This document shows, in pieces, positions 1-16,952 of a DNA stretch of 64,000 nt (position 1 is its first letter; the number at the start of each line of letters is the position of its first letter). Under the pieces are notes generated by a model. That model searched no databases. It was not told the DNA's origin and worked only from the letters and a program-made list of their open reading frames with translations. Location: assembly GCF_009914755.1 (NCBI RefSeq), contig NC_060938.1. One strand, given 5' to 3'. Made by a program: the position numbers and the translations under genes. This DNA is from the human T2T-CHM13v2.0 reference genome, Homo sapiens.

Positions 1-356
1 GCCTTGCCTTCTCCGCAGGTTGCTCTGGTGATATTTAGGAGATGGCATTTGACAGAAGGGAAGCATATTTGGAGATGATTGTGTATGTGAGCCTGAATCA
101 TCCAGGCAGGTTTCTTCCCTGCTCCAGTTCAGTGGGACGACTGCATAAATATTCTTTCTTTTTCCTATGTGGATACAAAATATTGAGTTTGGGGGCTGGA
201 AGGAATCCCAGCGATGAACTCATCCCTCCCCTCCTTTATGGATTAGGTCAGTAGAACTTACACAGGGAGGTCAGCCAGGGGGCTGGGATCTGAATTCAAG
301 TCCTGCGGCTCTGAGCCAGGTGGCCTGCATTTATTCATTCTCTTGCTGCCATGTTT

Positions 357-726
<370 letters not shown>

Positions 727-1559
727 TGACGAGCACTCAGAAGTGGGGCCACGTTTTCGAGATTCTTGCCCCGTTTTTCCTTCCGCCCCTTTAAAGCAGA
801 TCCTGGGCTCTGTGCTCCTTTACTGAAGAAAGTGGTGGAAGGAAAGAAAGTCGATAGCAGTCTAAGAACTCCCAGCTTCCAATCCCTAAAGTCTAAACAT
901 TTGGGAAGAACAGAGGAGATTACAGGTAAGGACCCAAAATGTAGGAAAGGTTTTTCCTGGGCTGGTGTTGGAGGGGAGAGGATGAGAACAGAGAAGGGAT
1001 GGGTCTCAGGAGGAGCAACCCAAGAGAGAAGGCCTGCGTGGACAGGACTCGACGGGGCATGGAGGGCTCTGTGACATGAAGCGGCAGAGTGACCCCCATA
1101 CCTCCCCAGAGCCATGTGGACAAGACTGAGGGCCAGCCCAGGAGTGACCTGTGGAACCAATAACCAGCACCAATGCCCTGGCACCATTACGGTCTCGACA
1201 TCATTAAGACCCTGAAACTCTAAAACAACCAGTGGAGAGCTGGTGCTGCAGACACTCAAAGAGGCAGACGCACAGAGCCAAGGAGGCTCTTGGATTTCGC
1301 CCCAAAACTGGGTCAAGGGGACAGAGTCTCCTCCCTCCCATTCCCGACCAGTGCGCTGGGAGTGGCCACACTAGGCATGGAGCAGCCTGTTTGCCAACAC
1401 ACTCTGGTCATAGGAGAAAAAAGAAAATGCCTCCTGAGTTTGGTTTTAAGGAGCTCCTTAACAAAAGGCAGCCCTGAGCAAAGTGATGCTGGGTGAGGGA
1501 TGCTGCTTTTGCTTTTAAAATAAGCCACAATCTTCCCAGCAAACAAAGAGTGTCTTCTG

Positions 1560-1755
1560 AGTAACTCAAAGAATGTTTCTTTTCTCCTGGTACAGGGAGG
1601 GCATCTTTCAAATGAAAGTCCGTATCTCCTGTTTTCAGGAAGAAACTAGATTAGAATGCCCTTCTTGCATCTGCTGTTTTTCAAGTGCCTTTAGCTCAAA
1701 ATAATCCTTATGCCAAAGTGGTATGTTTTGGGGTGGCATATCCTGGCACCTTTCA
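1560..1755 (-). mobile_element. ERV1 LTR fragment (MER34/MER31-like group)
   Basis: Reverse complement of the atatgccaccccaaaa...gattattttgagctaaaggcacttg start also seen at 5023 and 9387; left boundary uncertain. Confidence 0.65.
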
Positions 1756-1959
1756 GCAGGAACAGGGGTGCAGAGAGGGGCCATGTGGAGTAAGCCTGTC
1801 CCTGAGGGCCAGGAAGCCCAGGCAGCCTCACTTCCTCTCTCTCTCAGCAGCTGATGTGACCCTGGTCTGACCTTGCAGCTGCTCCTCCTGGCTCCCTGCT
1901 GGCTGCAGGCCAGGGCTCAGATTCCAGTCTTTTCCACAGCTCTAGAGGACCAGACTTTC

Positions 1960-2100
1960 AAAGGAGGGAAGGAAGGGAGGAAGGGGAGGGCAGGAAGAGG
2001 TCAGAAAAGAGGATGGAGAATTTAGGAGGGGAGAAAGGGAAGTGAGAGGAGCGCAGGAGGCTGGTGGGGAAGGGAAAATCAGACCGGAGGAGAGGAAGGA
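1960..2100. repeat. GA-rich low-complexity purine tract
   Basis: Almost entirely G/A on the + strand. Confidence 0.6.
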
Positions 2101-2207
2101 AATGAGTAACTAATTCTGAAATTGCGGCACCTGAGGCCTCAGTCCTTTTGGGCCTTAACTCTTGCCCTGGGGCCTATCACAGGGGGCCCAGGAGCACTGT
2201 TTGCTGT

Positions 2208-2258
2208 GACCATCCTGGGCAACATGGCAAAACCCTGTCTCTACTAAAAATACAAAAT
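2208..2258 (+). mobile_element. Alu fragment (left-arm end and linker)
   Basis: gaccatcctgggcaacatggcaaaaccctgtctctactaaaaatacaaaa. Confidence 0.8.
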
Positions 2259-2340
2259 ATATTCGATTCATGAAGCACCTCAAATTTAGATTTGCAAAGA
2301 CCTCCAAACAAAACACCTGCATTTTAAGAAGACTGCCTGC

Positions 2341-2651
<311 letters not shown>

Positions 2652-2785
2652 TCAATTTTGAACTTGTCCCCATCCTGGGTCACACCAGCTACACTACACT
2701 GAGTCAGTATTTTTCATAAATTTAAAGGCCATGGTGTCCAATTTTATTGCAGTGTTTTCTTTGTATTAAGGAATGAATCTGTTAG

Positions 2786-3121
<336 letters not shown>

Positions 3122-3679
3122 AAACTGCAAACTTTATAATGCTGTTAGGGTTCTTCTCCTGTATTTTTAATTTATAGGGAGCTTGAAAAACGGGTGTGGC
3201 CCAAGTCTCTCTCAGTTGCTGAGATGCCCTGACGGCACCTCCCACAGCCCTGGGCCCCCTGTAGGACCAGTCTCCCCTGGAGGACACCCACAAGAACAGG
3301 AAAGCCCCACCAAAACGCTAAGGAGGGAGGCAGAATTGGTGACACTGGGTCCCCAGAGATCCCATGGCTGGTGACACCATAAAAACTCGTTTTCTTCCCT
3401 GAGAGATGAAGAGGAGTGGGGGCAGGAGATGATCTACATGCCAACTCTGGGAATATGTTCAGTCCTATCACTGGGCCCCATTTTTGTTGGTGGCCAACGC
3501 AACAGTCTTTCCCTGACTCCTTCCCATGAGCTTGCCTTTCATCATAGGGGATGAAAGGCCAAAGATACCTTCCCAGCCTCTTCTGCGCTAGAAGTAGCCT
3601 AGTCAATAAGATACAAAAAAAATTCTCCTGGGTTGTTTTTAGAAAATCTTTTCCTCTCTGATAAAAACAGAGGGGCAAG

Positions 3680-4074
<395 letters not shown>

Positions 4075-4419
4075 TCAGGCAGGGCAGGAAGTGTGCTAAA
4101 GCCAAAAGGGTGGAAGGACCTCGCTGAGCTGCTGCACGAACCCCTGAACTGTCTACACCCAGGCTTCTTAATTATGGGCGATGATTAAGTGGCTTTTTGA
4201 TTTAAGCTACTCTTGCACAGGTGTTCCATGATTTGCAGTCAAAAGCATTTCCAACACCCAGAGCTGTGCTAGGACTTGTAGAGGATACAGAGACTTCCAA
4301 GATTTGATTTCTTCCTTCTATTCTAGAAGCTTATATTCAAAGTAGGGAAACTAGACATATGTACAGGTGTTCAACATCCTTAAAAATCAAACAACTTGGA
4401 GTATAATCAAATTTTAAAC

Positions 4420-4830
4420 TGAAAGTAACAGCAATTTCACTCTTGAGAACTTTTCCCAAGAATGTATGTTCAGAGATATTTGCTGAATTGCAGCATATAG
4501 TAGAGAAAATGTGGACATACCCTAAATATTTAGCAATAGGGATTGAAATTACAGCACATACATAAATGGAATACTATGAAGTCAGTAAAGATGGTGATGT
4601 TGATATATACTTAATGATGGGAATTCTATAGACAATACTCAGAAAAAAAAACAGGTTATCAACTGTGTACTATATAAATCCACTCATGCACAAAAACATC
4701 TGAGTCTGGTATATGTGAAACTGTCAGCAGTGATTATTGCTATACAGTGGAATCATGATGGATTTTTATTTTCCTTACACTTTTCTGTACTTTTTCCACT
4801 TGTTGCAATGAACACATATTGCATTTGTAA
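4420..4830 (+). mobile_element. Old L1 (L1M-type) 3' fragment
   Basis: Degenerate L1 3'-end motifs (gcaatttcactcttg, atggaatactatg). Confidence 0.55.
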
Positions 4831-5022
4831 TAGTTGCACTAACAGCATTTAGAAATGCAACTGAATAGTAAGACTATCTGTGCTAATAGAGTACAGTGAA
4901 GAGCTTTTAAAAATCTACCAAAATTCACTGTGCATCAACTATTTGCAAAACAACATGGTATATAGGAAGGGGATGGAGAACATGAAAAATAGATCCACAG
5001 TCATACACACAGTCCATGGCTT

Positions 5023-5502
5023 TGAAGGGTGGCAGAATATGCCATCCCCAAAATATGCCACTTGCCTTGATTATTTTGAACTAAAGGCACTTGCAAAAGG
5101 GGTGCTCTGACCTCCCCTTTTCTTCCTAAAAACAGGAGATAAATCTCCCATGTGAAAGGTCCCCTCCCTATACCAGGAGGAAAGAAACATTCTTATCATC
5201 AGAGATAGGAAGTTGAGACCAAGAGAAATCTGTACATACAGACCTTGTTAAAATAATTCTTACGTTCTTTTAGTCCTCATGTATATTTTAGTTACTCTTC
5301 CACAATTGCCTCTCTTTGTTCAACCTAGTATATAAGCACTTAGGTTTTGCCAGTTCTTTAGATCTTCATTTTCCTTTGGGGGATCCCATGTACATGTCAA
5401 AACCTGTGTGCTTTTCTCCTGTTCATCTGCCTATGTCATCTTAATTATCAGTCCCAACCAGTAACCCTAAGATGGTTGAGGTAAAGTTTTTCTTCCCCTA
5501 CA
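5023..5502 (+). mobile_element. Solo ERV1 LTR (MER34/MER31-like group)
   Basis: TG...CA termini with 4-bp TSD GCTT on both sides. Confidence 0.8.
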
Positions 5503-6015
5503 GCTTTAAAGAACCAAGTTTCTACCTGGGCAGCTAAGACACAGACAGGTGACATAGTTCCATCCATTCTTAGGAGCTTAGAATATTTGTTACATATCCT
5601 AACCTGCCCAATGATATGATAGATATTGAAATAAAACATCGAGTTTTAAGTATTTGGCTTTTATGAAAAAAAATTGAAACAACAGTTTTACATTATAATT
5701 TTATATACAGAGTATTTAAGTCAGGCATTGTGAATAGCTTCTGGGAAATGCTTTCAGACCTTGTAAGTTTTGCCTAGGATTGTTTGCAAAGTCTGATTTA
5801 ACACCCTGTATATAATAGAGAAACCTAATTCACACCCAAACCTTTTGTATTTCTTAGAGTTACAAATGCAGCAAAGCATCTCTTAATTTCTAGAACCTTT
5901 CCAAATCATAAATGGTAGTATCAGTTTAAACCCTGTGATGTTCTGATAGGCTTATCACATATGTGGTGTGACCCTGATATTACCAGCAGCATAGCTTAAT
6001 TCTTGAATTTGACCC

Positions 6016-6379
6016 TGTGTTAGTCCGTTCTCTCGCTACTAATAAAGACATACCCCAGACTGGGTAATTTATATAGGAAAGAGGTTTAATTGACTCACAG
6101 TTCAGATGGCTGGGGAGTCCTCAGGAAACTTACAATGACAATGGAAGGGGAAGCAAACACATCTTTCTTCAAATGGTGGCAGGAAGAAGTGCCAAGCAAA
6201 AGGGGGGAAAGCCCCTTATAAATCAGCTCTTGTAAGAACTCACTATCACGAGAACAGCATGAGGATAAGTTCCCCCATGATTCAATTATCTCCCACCAAG
6301 TCCCTCTCATGACACGTGGGGATTATGGGAACTACAATTTAAGATGAGATTTGGCGGGGGACACAGCCAAACCATATCA
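6016..6379 (-). mobile_element. THE1 (MaLR) solo LTR
   Basis: tgtgttagtcc...taaagacatacc...actgggtaatttata...acacagccaaaccatatca = reverse complement of THE1 LTR. Confidence 0.9.
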
Positions 6380-7223
6380 ACCCTCTTCCCCTGTTTCTGG
6401 GTATATTCTAGCAAACTAGGTAGCATTCTAGCTTTCCTTAGACTAGAACGATGTTTAAACAATTGTCCTTACATTTAACATTTGAGTACAGAAAAAGATC
6501 GTCTAGGTTTATTTACTAAAACTGTCAGCTGGGTTCACCAAGCCACCCAAAATCCAGATAACATGGATTCATCCCAAATTCTTGTGCTCACCACTGGCTC
6601 TGAGCTGCATCTGCAGAATCACATCACTTTAGGAATCACCTTGCCATCCTGCTGTTGTTGCTGTTGGCACACATACCATTGACCCATCCGTGGCACTCAA
6701 ACCACTCCCTAATTTGCACAGGGGCAGGTGCATGTGTGTGTGTACATGTGTTTGCGGGCATGCATGTGTGTGTGCATGTGTTTTGAAGGTCTTACCAAAT
6801 ATTGGTGCATGGCCCTCTCACCTCTTTCCTCCCACCTTAATGCAGGAACTGGTTTGTCTCTCTTTTGTTGCTTAAAGTTCTGCTGGCCGGTACCCTTAGT
6901 ATCTTCTTTATTCATTTTCAGTCAGCAAATAGTTATTGAAGACCAACTATGTGCCATGCACTGTACTAGGTGCTGGGGAAAACAGTAATAGTCCTTAACT
7001 TCAGAGAGTTTACAGTCCACAGTCTCCTGTCAAAGACAAACCTTACTCAAAGAATCATACTACCAAATATAGTTTCCCTAAGTGCTTTTTAACTTTGTAT
7101 TTTTAAAATAATTTTAGACTCATGTAGAAGTGCACATAGATATACTATATAGTTCCCGTGTACCCTTAATCCAGCTTCCTCCAATGGTAACATCCTGCAT
7201 ATTCATAGTACAATCATCACAAC

Positions 7224-7402
7224 TGAAATGGGAAAAGTTCCCTTGTCCCCCTTGCAGGGCGTGCGATGGGGATGTGGCTTGCTTTTTCAGTGCCCTGCTG
7301 CTCAAACCTGTAGGGGAGCATACAGACAGGCACGCTATGGGCCTCCGACCCCATGGCAGTGTCTAGGGGTGAATGTTTACAGCTGAAGCCCTAGTGGGCG
7401 TG

Positions 7403-7448
<46 letters not shown>

Positions 7449-8328
7449 GAGACCGAGTCTCGCTTTGTTGCCCAGGCTGGAGTGCAGCGGTGTGATCTTG
7501 GCTCACTGCAACCTCCGCCTCCCGGGTTTAAGCAATTTTCTGCCTCAGCCTCCCGAGTAGCTGGGATTACAGGCGCCCGCCACCGCGCCCGGCTAATTTT
7601 TGTATTTTTAGTAGAGACGGGGTTTCACCATCTTGGCCAGGCTGGTCTGAAACTCCTGACCTCATGAGGCCTCCCAAAGTGCTGGGATTACAGGCGTGAG
7701 CCACCGCACCTAGCCCAGTGTGCTCTTTTAGTTTTGCTTTTAGTTTGGCCGGCTATAGGTGGCTTGTTTTAGTCAGCTCAATTAGACCCCTGCCTTATTG
7801 CAAGGACAGAGGGCTTTCTATATCCCCAGGTTCTTGCCTTGGTGCACCAAAGAATCGGATCATATGTGGGCTTGGAGAATGAGCGGAAGGTTTTACTGAG
7901 TGGAAGTACCTCTTAGCAGATGGGGGAGCCAGAAGGGAGATGGTTTTCCCTGGAGTCGGTCTGCTTGGCGGCCCGAGCGCTCCTCCGACTGCCCCAGCCA
8001 AACACCGCGTTGTTTTGCCAGTCAGTGGCCTGCCGGCATGCTGGTGCCTGTGGGTGTGTTCCTCCACAGAGCACTCCTCTTGACTTCCAGCTGCTGCTGT
8101 TTCTGCCTTGCTAGGGTCTCGGGTTTTTATAGGCACAGGATGGGGGCATGGCAGGCCAGGGTGGTCTTGGAAAATGGAACATTTGGGCAGTAAATTCCTG
8201 TCCTCACCTAGGTCGGTGGGGGTGGAGCCCTAGCCAGAGACCACGCCCTCCTCTACCCAGCACTTCCCTTCTCCCTTCCCTATCATTTAAAAGAACTACA
8301 CCCTTCCCTTCCCAGCACTCCTGTATCT
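7224..8328 (-). mobile_element. ERV1 solo LTR (LTR1-like), interrupted by an Alu, inserted in an old L1 fragment
   Basis: Starts tgaaatgggaaaagttccc, ends cagcactcctgtatc; ~800 bp without the Alu; L1M-like sequence continues on both flanks. Confidence 0.7.
7408..7716 (-). mobile_element. Alu with (TG)n microsatellite in place of tail
   Basis: (TG)~19 at 7408-7445 directly joined to antisense Alu. Confidence 0.93.
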
Positions 8329-8395
8329 AACCAGGAAATGTACATGAATGCAATACTATTAACTAAACTACAGCCCTTATTGGATTAGCATTTAG

Positions 8396-8770
<375 letters not shown>

Positions 8771-8779
8771 TAATTAATA

Positions 8780-8950
8780 ATTATAACAATCATAGGCAGT
8801 AAATACTACCATCACCCCTATTTTATAGATGCAGGAACTGAGACCAGAACAGTTACATAACTTGCCGAAGAGTCAGCTTGCAGTGGCATGACGAGGATTG
8901 CAAATCCAGGCAGCCCGGCTGTAAGGGATTTGCTCCCCACCACTATACTA
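8780..8950. mobile_element. MIR fragment
   Basis: cccctattttatagatgcaggaactgag core motif. Confidence 0.7.
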
Positions 8951-9386
8951 TCCCTCCTCTTAACACTGCCCAACCTAGCCAGAACATGTTTTCTTGTTCA
9001 AACCCAAACAACCTATCATAGCTCTACAATACATGGCCAGGGAGCTATTAGAAAAAGTTGTAACACTTGGATGACATCTTTAAAGCCAAAATTTTGCTTC
9101 CAAAATCAAAGTTTGTTTCAATGGCAGAGGCTTCCCAAAGGAAATGACTATTTCGATCACTGTTCATGAAACAATATTCTTTGGGCTAACAAAGGCTGAC
9201 ATTTCAAACATTTCCCTGTGGTTGAAAATAACTTCAGCTGAAATATTTTGATTCTCAAAAGGAAGTTTCTTTGTAAGAAACGGCAAGAAATGCAGGTGCA
9301 GTTAAGGCACACCCAAAACAAAGGCCTCTGAAAATGCAGGGCTGCCTCTCCAAATCATACAGTGTTTCCAACTGTCTCATTCCCAC

Positions 9387-9921
9387 TGAAGGAGATAAGA
9401 ACATGCCTTCCCCAAAATATGCTGCCCTGGCATATTGACTATTTTGAGTTAAAGGCATTTGAAAAACAGCAGGTGCAAGAAGATCATTCTGACATTCCTT
9501 CTGTTTCTTAAAAGCAGGAGATGAAACTGCCATGTGAAAGATGCTTTCTTTCCCACAGTATAGGGAAAGTATACTTTCCCTATACTACAAGGAAAGTAAC
9601 AGTCTTATTATCAAGAATGGAAGCTTTAGTGGAGAGAATTCTGTACAGACCTTGTTAAAATAACTTACCTTTTTTAGCCTCCCCACTGAATTTAGTTACT
9701 TTTTCACAATTCTACTATTCTGTCTAATTCAGTATGTAAGTGTTCGACTCTAGCTGTGTCTTTGGGTCTTCAATTCTTTATGAAGGCCCCCGTGCCATGG
9801 AAAACTTGTACTAAATATACTAGTATTCTTTTATCCTGTGGATCTGTCTTATGTCACTTTAATTCTCAGGCCCAGCTGAAAAACCTTAAAAAGGTAGGGG
9901 TAAAATTCTGCCTCCCCTATA
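9387..9921 (+). mobile_element. Solo ERV1 LTR (MER34/MER31-like group)
   Basis: Same family start as 5023; 4-bp TSD CCAC on both sides. Confidence 0.8.
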
Positions 9922-10490
9922 CCACACAACTCTAAGCCACATGAAATCTGCAACACATGCACATTAATCTGCTTAATGTTGGAAAATACCAATCCCAGAG
10001 GAGAGAGAAATAGAAAAGAAAAATTAAACAAGAAAAAACACCTTTTTGCCTAACCATGCATTTGTGGCATGTAAACGTGTTACCACAGTGCAGAAGTGAC
10101 CTAAATGACCAAAGAGCCCCACCTCTCCCTTCTCCACGGTGAGATGTATCACTACCGTGGGCATCCTAAAGCCAGCTCAATCACCACAATGAGGATTCTC
10201 TTTTCTGAGGCATTACCGCCCTCTTTAACATTTTATGAATCCATTTGCAGCACAATCATTTGAGATTATAGTTTGGTCTTGCTCTCCCATAGATTCGTCC
10301 CTGCTCTGATTTTAAATGGGTAGCCAGACCCTTTAGAATTGCTTGCCTTTGAGATTTCGCAGCACAGAAAGCTAAAGAGCTTCAAGTCCATGTCTCCTTC
10401 GTTGCTGGTGGCAGTAGGGTAAGGGGAAATGGGATAAATGTAATAAAGAGATGTGTTCTACATGAAGAGGGGAACAAGAGTAGCAAGGGG

Positions 10491-11296
10491 TGTTGCTGAA
10501 CCAAACTGAGTCTGTTTGCTCATGCACAATGGAAAGCCACACCCTGGAGCATTTTTGCAGATATTTCTGTAGAGAAAGGTACATTGCAAGACCAGCCTTG
10601 AAGCAGTATATTTAAGGGAGAGATTCTGAGGAGGAGCTTTGGGGTGGTTAGTGATTGGCAGCAAAGGAGAGGAATTTTGGAAAGGCCCTTGAACGTGTAT
10701 AGTTGTGTCTTCAAGCTTCTTCATGAGTCACACACGCAAATTCAGGGTGAGTTGGTATGAAATATGCAGTGGAAATTTTGGCTGTGATGTCAAAAGTCAC
10801 CCACTGGGCAAGTAAGTCTATTCTGGGAAGACTCTAGTCAGCCATATTGGTTCCAGTTTCAGCCAGTGAGCCAGTTATTGTTGCAACTGGAGGGGATTGT
10901 ATCAAGCTGTTTCCTTATCTACCATCCTGTAAGTCAAGCTCAAGGTTTCTGGTCAGTGACCAATTTCTTTTCTTTTCTTTTCTTTTCTTTTCTTTTTTTT
11001 GAGATGGAGTCTTGCTCTGTCACCCAGACTGGAGAGCAGTGGCACGATCTTGGCTCACTGCAACCTCCGCCTCCTGGGTTCTAGCAATTCTCCTGCCTCA
11101 GCCTCCCGAGTAGCTGGGATTACAGGATGCACCACCACACCCGGCTAATTTTTGTATTTTTAGTAGAGATGGGGTTTCACCACATTGGCCAGGCTGGTCT
11201 CGAACTCCTGACCTCAAGTGATCCATCCGCCTTGGCCTCCCAAAGTGTTGGGATTACCACCATGCTCAGCCCGTGACCAATTTCCTTAAGCCTGTG
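10491..11296 (-). mobile_element. ERV LTR (family undetermined) interrupted by an Alu
   Basis: Starts tgttgctgaaccaaac, LTR-like composition; right end approximate. Confidence 0.5.
10964..11271 (-). mobile_element. Alu with TSD gtgaccaatttc
   Basis: Antisense dimer; duplicated flank. Confidence 0.95.
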
Positions 11297-11320
11297 GGGT
11301 ACAGCTCCAGGGGCAGAAGA

Positions 11321-11828
11321 TGTTACTGAAATGCCAGGCATCCCATTGCTTGCTGCACAGAATGCCAGGTGTCCCATTCCTTGCTGCACAGAAAGCCAAT
11401 CACTGAGACTACAAGTATTACCAGAGCAGAATGCTTGATTTGGGTGCTGTGGCCAAGGAGAATGGGAGGTCAGTCTCAAATCTGTCTCTTCAATCAACTA
11501 AAATTAGGAGTTTATATAGCAAGGAAGGAATGTAACTATGTGTGGGAAAACAGGAATTAGGGAGAGTAAAAAAGAGTTGGTCAACAGACAGCAGGTGGTC
11601 TGTGAGGCAATCATGACTGGTGAGAGATCTCACTGTCCAGACGTGGTGATCTGGTAAGTTTCAGTTCTTTGATACTGTCTGGGAGGCTTGATGGTTGGTT
11701 TCCTGAGAAAGGAACTTGAATAAGACAAATGTAAATTCCTCATGTTTTAAGACTGGGAGGGTCCATTCCTATGTTTATTCCAAAGAAACCATAAACATCA
11801 GTTCCATGGAACAATTGGTCTGGTTTCA
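11321..11828 (-). mobile_element. Solo ERV1 LTR (MER4-group-like)
   Basis: TG...CA termini with 4-bp TSD AAGA. Confidence 0.75.
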
Positions 11829-12518
11829 AAGAGAGAATCCCCTAGCCTGCAATGGGGAGCCATGCATCTCTTTCTGGAAAGATCTAAAGAGACTGATGGC
11901 TATTGGTACACCTAAGGGTGCTGAACTCCAGGCACTAAGGGCCTCAAGTTTTCCCAAGAGTCCCTTGCCCCAAGTGTGGCATGGATGCAGCAGGAGCAGG
12001 AGCCGAAAGGGACTGTTCAAGCTGAGACACAGAGGTCGCAGAGTGACCAGTGGGGCAGGGGACTGGCAGCAAATCCCAGATGAGTCTTTAGTGCTTAAGG
12101 CTTTAAGAACATTGAATGACCTGGGGCAGGTGGAACACTGTCAGAGAGACTCAGTAATTACTGAAATTTAACTTCCCACCACTTTCACAGGTGGGATTAA
12201 TCCACGTTGACTTGAGGAGTACACAGAAATGTTGTATTCTTGAATATCTGCATTTGTGGACCAGTAGTCATACTGAGTCTATATTCATTTATTTGTTCAT
12301 TTGGCAAATAATGACTGAGCTTATACTATGTGTTGTACACAGTGGTCCCCCAAGCTTCCAGTGATCACACTGGAAGGTGTCCTTCCTAAACCAAGGAGAG
12401 GCCACTGCAGTACTGCTGATATAGGAGAAGGCCCCAGGACATCTTATGGGTAGCATCACAAATGACCCACGTTGCACTGATGCTCTTACACTGTTAAATT
12501 AAGTGCAGCATAATGTGA

Positions 12519-13042
12519 TGTAGAGGAGTAAAATTTTACCTCTACCTTCCTTAGGGCTTATCAACTGAGCTTGCAAATTAAATGACATAATAAGAGAAAA
12601 TCAAGAGGAGCAAAGCATACAACTTCATTCAATACAAGTTTACATGACCCAGGGGCACTCATAAGGAAATGAAGACTCAAAGACACATAGTTGAACATTT
12701 ATATACTAAATTGGGCAAACAGTAGTAAAATGTAACAAGACAAAGGGGCTTGGGCTAGGGTAGTTACTTGGGTAGAGGAGTGACTAGGAAGATAAGAATT
12801 AGTCTACCAAGTACAGATTTCCCCTGCCTCGACTTCCTATTCTTGATGACAAGAATGATTCTTTTTTTCTGGTATAAGGAAGATATCTTTCACATGACAA
12901 TTTCATCTCCTGCTTTTAAGAAACAAAAGGAAGGTCAGAGGGATCTTCTAAGAGTACCTCCTGTTTTTTAAGTGCCTTTAACTCAAAACAGTCAATATGC
13001 CAGGACAGTATATTTGGGGGTTGGCATGTTTGTACTCCTTTA
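12519..13042 (-). mobile_element. Solo ERV1 LTR (MER34/MER31-like group)
   Basis: 12880-13040 is the reverse complement of the start of the 9387 LTR; near TSD gtga/gtgt. Confidence 0.75.
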
Positions 13043-13204
13043 GTGTCAAATTTCAAAACTGTACATCTAGAAATTTATTCCAAGGAAATAATCATGGATG
13101 CAATGATTTTGCTGGAAGAATGTTCATCTTGGTCTCATTCATCTTAGCAAAATCCTGGAAACACCCAAAATAGGTTAAATATCTTACAATACATCTATTC
13201 ACTA

Positions 13205-13848
<644 letters not shown>

Positions 13849-14997
13849 TGTATGTGTATGTGTTACTTTTACAATTAAAAATAACACATTAAAGAAAAAT
13901 ACTTTAGAAAAACATTTGATAACATAGAAAGGCATGAACAGTATATTGTTAAGTTTTTAAAATCATAAAACTCTTTATATATCACATTTTTATATGTAAA
14001 TACAAACAGCAAATATCACATTTTTATAAAAATGATATAGATATGTGTATGTGTACGTAGGTGTATTGTATACATGAGATGCTGGGGGATTAGCATAATA
14101 TACAAAAAAGAAAACAAAATGGTAATTTCTGCCAGGGTTACATCTGTTGGCCTTAACCACTTTTGCCTTCCTAGGTCCCTTCCTCCATAAAAAAATGTAG
14201 AAAATTATATTTGATGACTGCTTTGGTATAAAGATGAACATAACACTGACTAGGTTTACTATTATATATTCATTATTATTACATGCACTTTTTTCTTCTC
14301 AAGAGAAATTAAAATTAAAACATTTGTGGGCCCTGGGTGCTTCCTGTGCCTATTGGGTAGGTCAGCCCTGATTTCTGAGTGCTAAGATTGCCTGCTTTTT
14401 ATGTCCTTCTATTTGCCTATCTGCATTTTCTAAATTTTCAATACCTAAGATTTATTCTTTTGCTACAAATGAAAAGCTATTTCAACAAAGAAATTTGTAA
14501 GCATAAATAAATGCTCCATTTTATGCAAACGCCAACACACAAAATTGAGAGCAAATGCAGCATCTAGGGTCAATGGCCTCTGGCGACTTTAAACATCCCT
14601 TTGGACACAGTGCGGCATCCATGGCACTGCTGGCTAGACTATCAGATGACTTCCTGCTATAAACAACCAACAAGACAAAATCACTGGTTTACAGAACAAA
14701 GTAGCTCTCTGGCTTTACTAGAAAGAATGGGTCCATGCCCTGTCCTTCACATACAAAAATGATACCACCAACCCCCACTGGTGGATGTACAGTGGAAACT
14801 CAAATGCTTTCCACTCTCTCTGCCCAGTAGGGCTCAGCCTTCAGAGCCATGCAAATGAGTAAAATGTAAAAGAATTTCACACTGTCCTAGTACTATAGAT
14901 TTATAATAAGTCTATTCATCTGGTATACATTTTCCAACTTTCTTTTTCTTCTTCAAGGTTGTCTTTACTCTTCTCGGCTCTTTGTATTTCCATATGA

Positions 14998-16952
<1,955 letters not shown>

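Noticed and set aside
9387-13042. Related LTRs as the two ends of a single provirus
   Set aside because: Opposite orientation, separate TSDs and no gag/pol/env between them.
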